Below, piece by piece: positions 61,831-64,000 of a DNA stretch of 64,000 nt (its first letter is position 1; every line of letters begins with the position of its first letter). The notes below the pieces were generated by a model, which worked only from the letters and a program-made list of their open reading frames with translations, ran no database searches and was not told the DNA's origin. Position numbers and translations under genes: made by a program. Source of the stretch: Alphaproteobacteria bacterium (GTDB taxonomy: Bacteria; Pseudomonadota; Alphaproteobacteria; MPNO01; UBA830); assembly GCA_964291215.2 (NCBI GenBank), contig OZ219791.1, positions 2,848,001-2,912,000 of the forward strand, given 5' to 3'.

Positions 61831-62066
61831 CGCGGCAGCGGCTGTCATCCGGAGCGCAATAGGGTTGATCTCAGATCCTCGTCAGACGATATTGATGTCG
61901 AATGGCAGGGCACTTGGGGAATGTCGGGTGGAGTTTCTGCCAACTCCTGGCCGTCTGGCGGGAGGGGCTTGTGGATGCCGAGCGCTGCCCATGTCAACCG
62001 TCGCACGGCGGGTATATTCTTGGTCGCAAGCGGGCCCGCGGCCGCATCGCAAAGGGAGGAACAGCA

Positions 62067-63251
62067 ATGAACCAGATGCAATGGACGCGCCGCGCGTTCA
62101 TGTATGCGACATCGAGCATAGGCGCGGCTGCAATGTTGGGGCGGATTCCGGGTGCCTCTGCCGCCGATGGCCAGGTGCTCAAGATCTGGGCCAATCCGGG
62201 CGTGCACAAGGTCGGCGCCAAGGACTGGAGCGCCATGGAGGCGCAAGGCGGCATTGACATCGCCGCGACTGCGAAGAGCGCTCGCGCCGACGAGGCGATC
62301 CAGAAGATGGTCGTGGGCGACGGCAACAAGCTCTTCGATGCGGTCACCGACAACGGCGGCGGCATGGAAGACGCGCTCGCCTCGCAGGGTGCCATCGTGC
62401 CGCTCGACACGGGCCAGATCCCCAACTGGAAGAACATACTGCCCGTCTACAACGAAGGCGGTCTCGCCGCTCACACCATCCGCTATGAGGGCCAGGTCTA
62501 TTCGACGCCGATGATCTCGAATGCTGATTCGATGGCATACGACTACAAGGCGCTGGGTTTCCATCCGGACAGCTGGGGCATCATGTTCGATTCCCAGTTC
62601 AAGGGCCGCGTTGCGCTGCAGAACGATTTCGGGCCAACGCTCACCAATATGGCCATTTACCTCAAGGAAAGCGGCAAGATCGAGATCGAGAACCCCTCCG
62701 ACATGAATCCCAAGGAGGTGCAGGCGGTCTGCGAATTCCTGATCGACTGGAAGAAGAAGGGCCAGTTCCGCACCTTCTGGGACGGGTTCCAGAACGGCGT
62801 CGGCATCCTGGCCAGCGGCGAAGTGCTGATGTCGTCCTGCTGGGAGCCGATCCAGATCATCGCCAGCCGCAAGACCGGCGACAAGGCCGACATCCGCTAC
62901 GGCACCATGAAGGAAGGCCACCAGACCTGGAACAACATGATCATGTTGACCAAGGGCGGGCGCGAGCGCGGCGCGGACAAACTCTACTACAAGCTCGCCA
63001 ATGTCTATCTCTCGCCGTGGTTCGGTGCGCGGACCCTGTCGGGACTGGGATTTGCGCCGCAGATGATGGGCGTGGACGAGTATATCAAGGCGCACCCGGA
63101 AGATTTCGCGCCCGATGTGCAGGAGGTCGTGCTCGACATCCTCACGCGCAAGAACGCCCGTTTCGCCGTCAAGGGCAATGCGTGGCAGAACGTCTTCCCG
63201 ACCCACATCCGGGCCTATCAGGACTGGTGGGCGCGCCTCCAGGCCGCCTGA
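62067..63251 (+). CDS. PotD/PotF-family ABC substrate-binding protein with Tat signal
   Basis: TRRAFM twin-arginine motif; IPNWKNI, SWGIMFD..FKGRVAL; GGAGG RBS. Confidence 0.9.
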   Translation: MNQMQWTRRAFMYATSSIGAAAMLGRIPGASAADGQVLKIWANPGVHKVGAKDWSAMEAQGGIDIAATAKSARADEAIQKMVVGDGNKLFDAVTDNGGGMEDALASQGAIVPLDTGQIPNWKNILPVYNEGGLAAHTIRYEGQVYSTPMISNADSMAYDYKALGFHPDSWGIMFDSQFKGRVALQNDFGPTLTNMAIYLKESGKIEIENPSDMNPKEVQAVCEFLIDWKKKGQFRTFWDGFQNGVGILASGEVLMSSCWEPIQIIASRKTGDKADIRYGTMKEGHQTWNNMIMLTKGGRERGADKLYYKLANVYLSPWFGARTLSGLGFAPQMMGVDEYIKAHPEDFAPDVQEVVLDILTRKNARFAVKGNAWQNVFPTHIRAYQDWWARLQAA

Positions 63252-63257
63252 CGGGTC

Positions 63258-64000
63258 GTGACTTCCGCGGCGGACAAGAGCCCGCCGCCGGCGCGGAGGG
63301 GCCGGGAGCTTCCGGCCCCTCCCGCGCGATGGCGGCACTGTCTCGGCGAGAACGGCATCCAGAGATGGGTGTTCTATATCCCTGTCGTTTTCTTCGTCCT
63401 GTTCTTTGCGGCGCCGATGGCGCTCACTGTCGTGTGGAGCGTCTTCGAGCGCACGCAGTTCTGGATGGAGCCGGGGTTTACCCTGTTCGCATATGATAAT
63501 TTCTTCACATCCGCGCGGGCCGAAAACTACCTCTATTCCATGCTGCATGCGGCGGCGGCGGTCCTGATCTCGTTCATCATCGGCTTTCCCATCTCCGTAT
63601 TCATACGCCGGCGGGTGACCAGGGCGGCGCAGCACCGGGTCATTCTGCTGTTCATTCTGCCGTTCATGATTTCGGAGCTGGTGCGGGTTTTCGCCATGCG
63701 CCCGGTCTTGGGGCGCCACGGCGTCGTCAACTCCGTCCTGATGGATTTGGGCATCCTGTCGGAGCCGATCACCGCCATCCTCTATTCGCCGCTCGGCGTC
63801 ATCATCGGCGATGTCATGTCGTTCCTGCCCTTCATGATCTTCGCGGGCTTTCTGGCGCTGGAGGCGGTGCAGAGCTACATCTTCGAGGTTTGCGACGACC
63901 TTGGCGCCGGGCGGGTGCGCCTCTTCGCCGACATCATCCTGCCTCTAGCCGCGCCCGGCATTTTCGCCGGCAGCGTGTTCATCTTCGTCAATTCGATGGG
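63258..64000 (+). CDS. PotB-like ABC permease; runs off the window
   Basis: Hand translation: WVFYIPVVFFVLFFAAP..LPFMISELVRVFA..GVVNSVL..LPFMI..DLGAGR..ILPLAAPGIFAGS; start uncertain. Confidence 0.88.
   Translation, partial: MTSAADKSPPPARRGRELPAPPARWRHCLGENGIQRWVFYIPVVFFVLFFAAPMALTVVWSVFERTQFWMEPGFTLFAYDNFFTSARAENYLYSMLHAAAAVLISFIIGFPISVFIRRRVTRAAQHRVILLFILPFMISELVRVFAMRPVLGRHGVVNSVLMDLGILSEPITAILYSPLGVIIGDVMSFLPFMIFAGFLALEAVQSYIFEVCDDLGAGRVRLFADIILPLAAPGIFAGSVFIFVNSM

Noticed and set aside
63291-63327. Strong hairpin after the SBP gene as a terminator
   Set aside because: No U-tail and it lies within the likely permease frame; at most an mRNA stabiliser.

Overview
High-GC alphaproteobacterial-looking DNA (taxon is inference). 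It alternates between intact catabolic and transport gene blocks and stretches of nested, deletion-eroded mobile elements, mainly 12.9-16.7, 22.4-34.4 and 59.4-61.8 kb. Metabolic blocks: UbiD decarboxylase, hydantoinase B, two Mo-hydroxylase large subunits, amidase, RidA, ornithine cyclodeaminase, tRNA-Lys(CTT), an atypical ClC with a solute-binding protein, acyl-CoA ligase, a TRAP operon, an 11-gene Rieske-oxygenase operon with a THI5-type ABC transporter, an LLM monooxygenase, further transporters and a PotD-type ABC system. Main result: three copies of an IS110 (IS621-like) element whose RNA-guided logic can be read from the sequence. The evidence is a structured bridge-RNA-like 5' region whose loops match the element's own ends and insertion flanks, a CT core confirmed by an empty-site homolog in the window, a -35/-10 promoter that forms only on circularisation, and a passenger ORF. 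Other highlights: a sigma70-like promoter whose spacer is a G24 tract ahead of an RTX protein (likely phase variation), a group II intron precisely inserted in IS66, and an IS630 wrapped in inverted IS256 ends. All family calls come from motif recognition by eye; no database searches were run.
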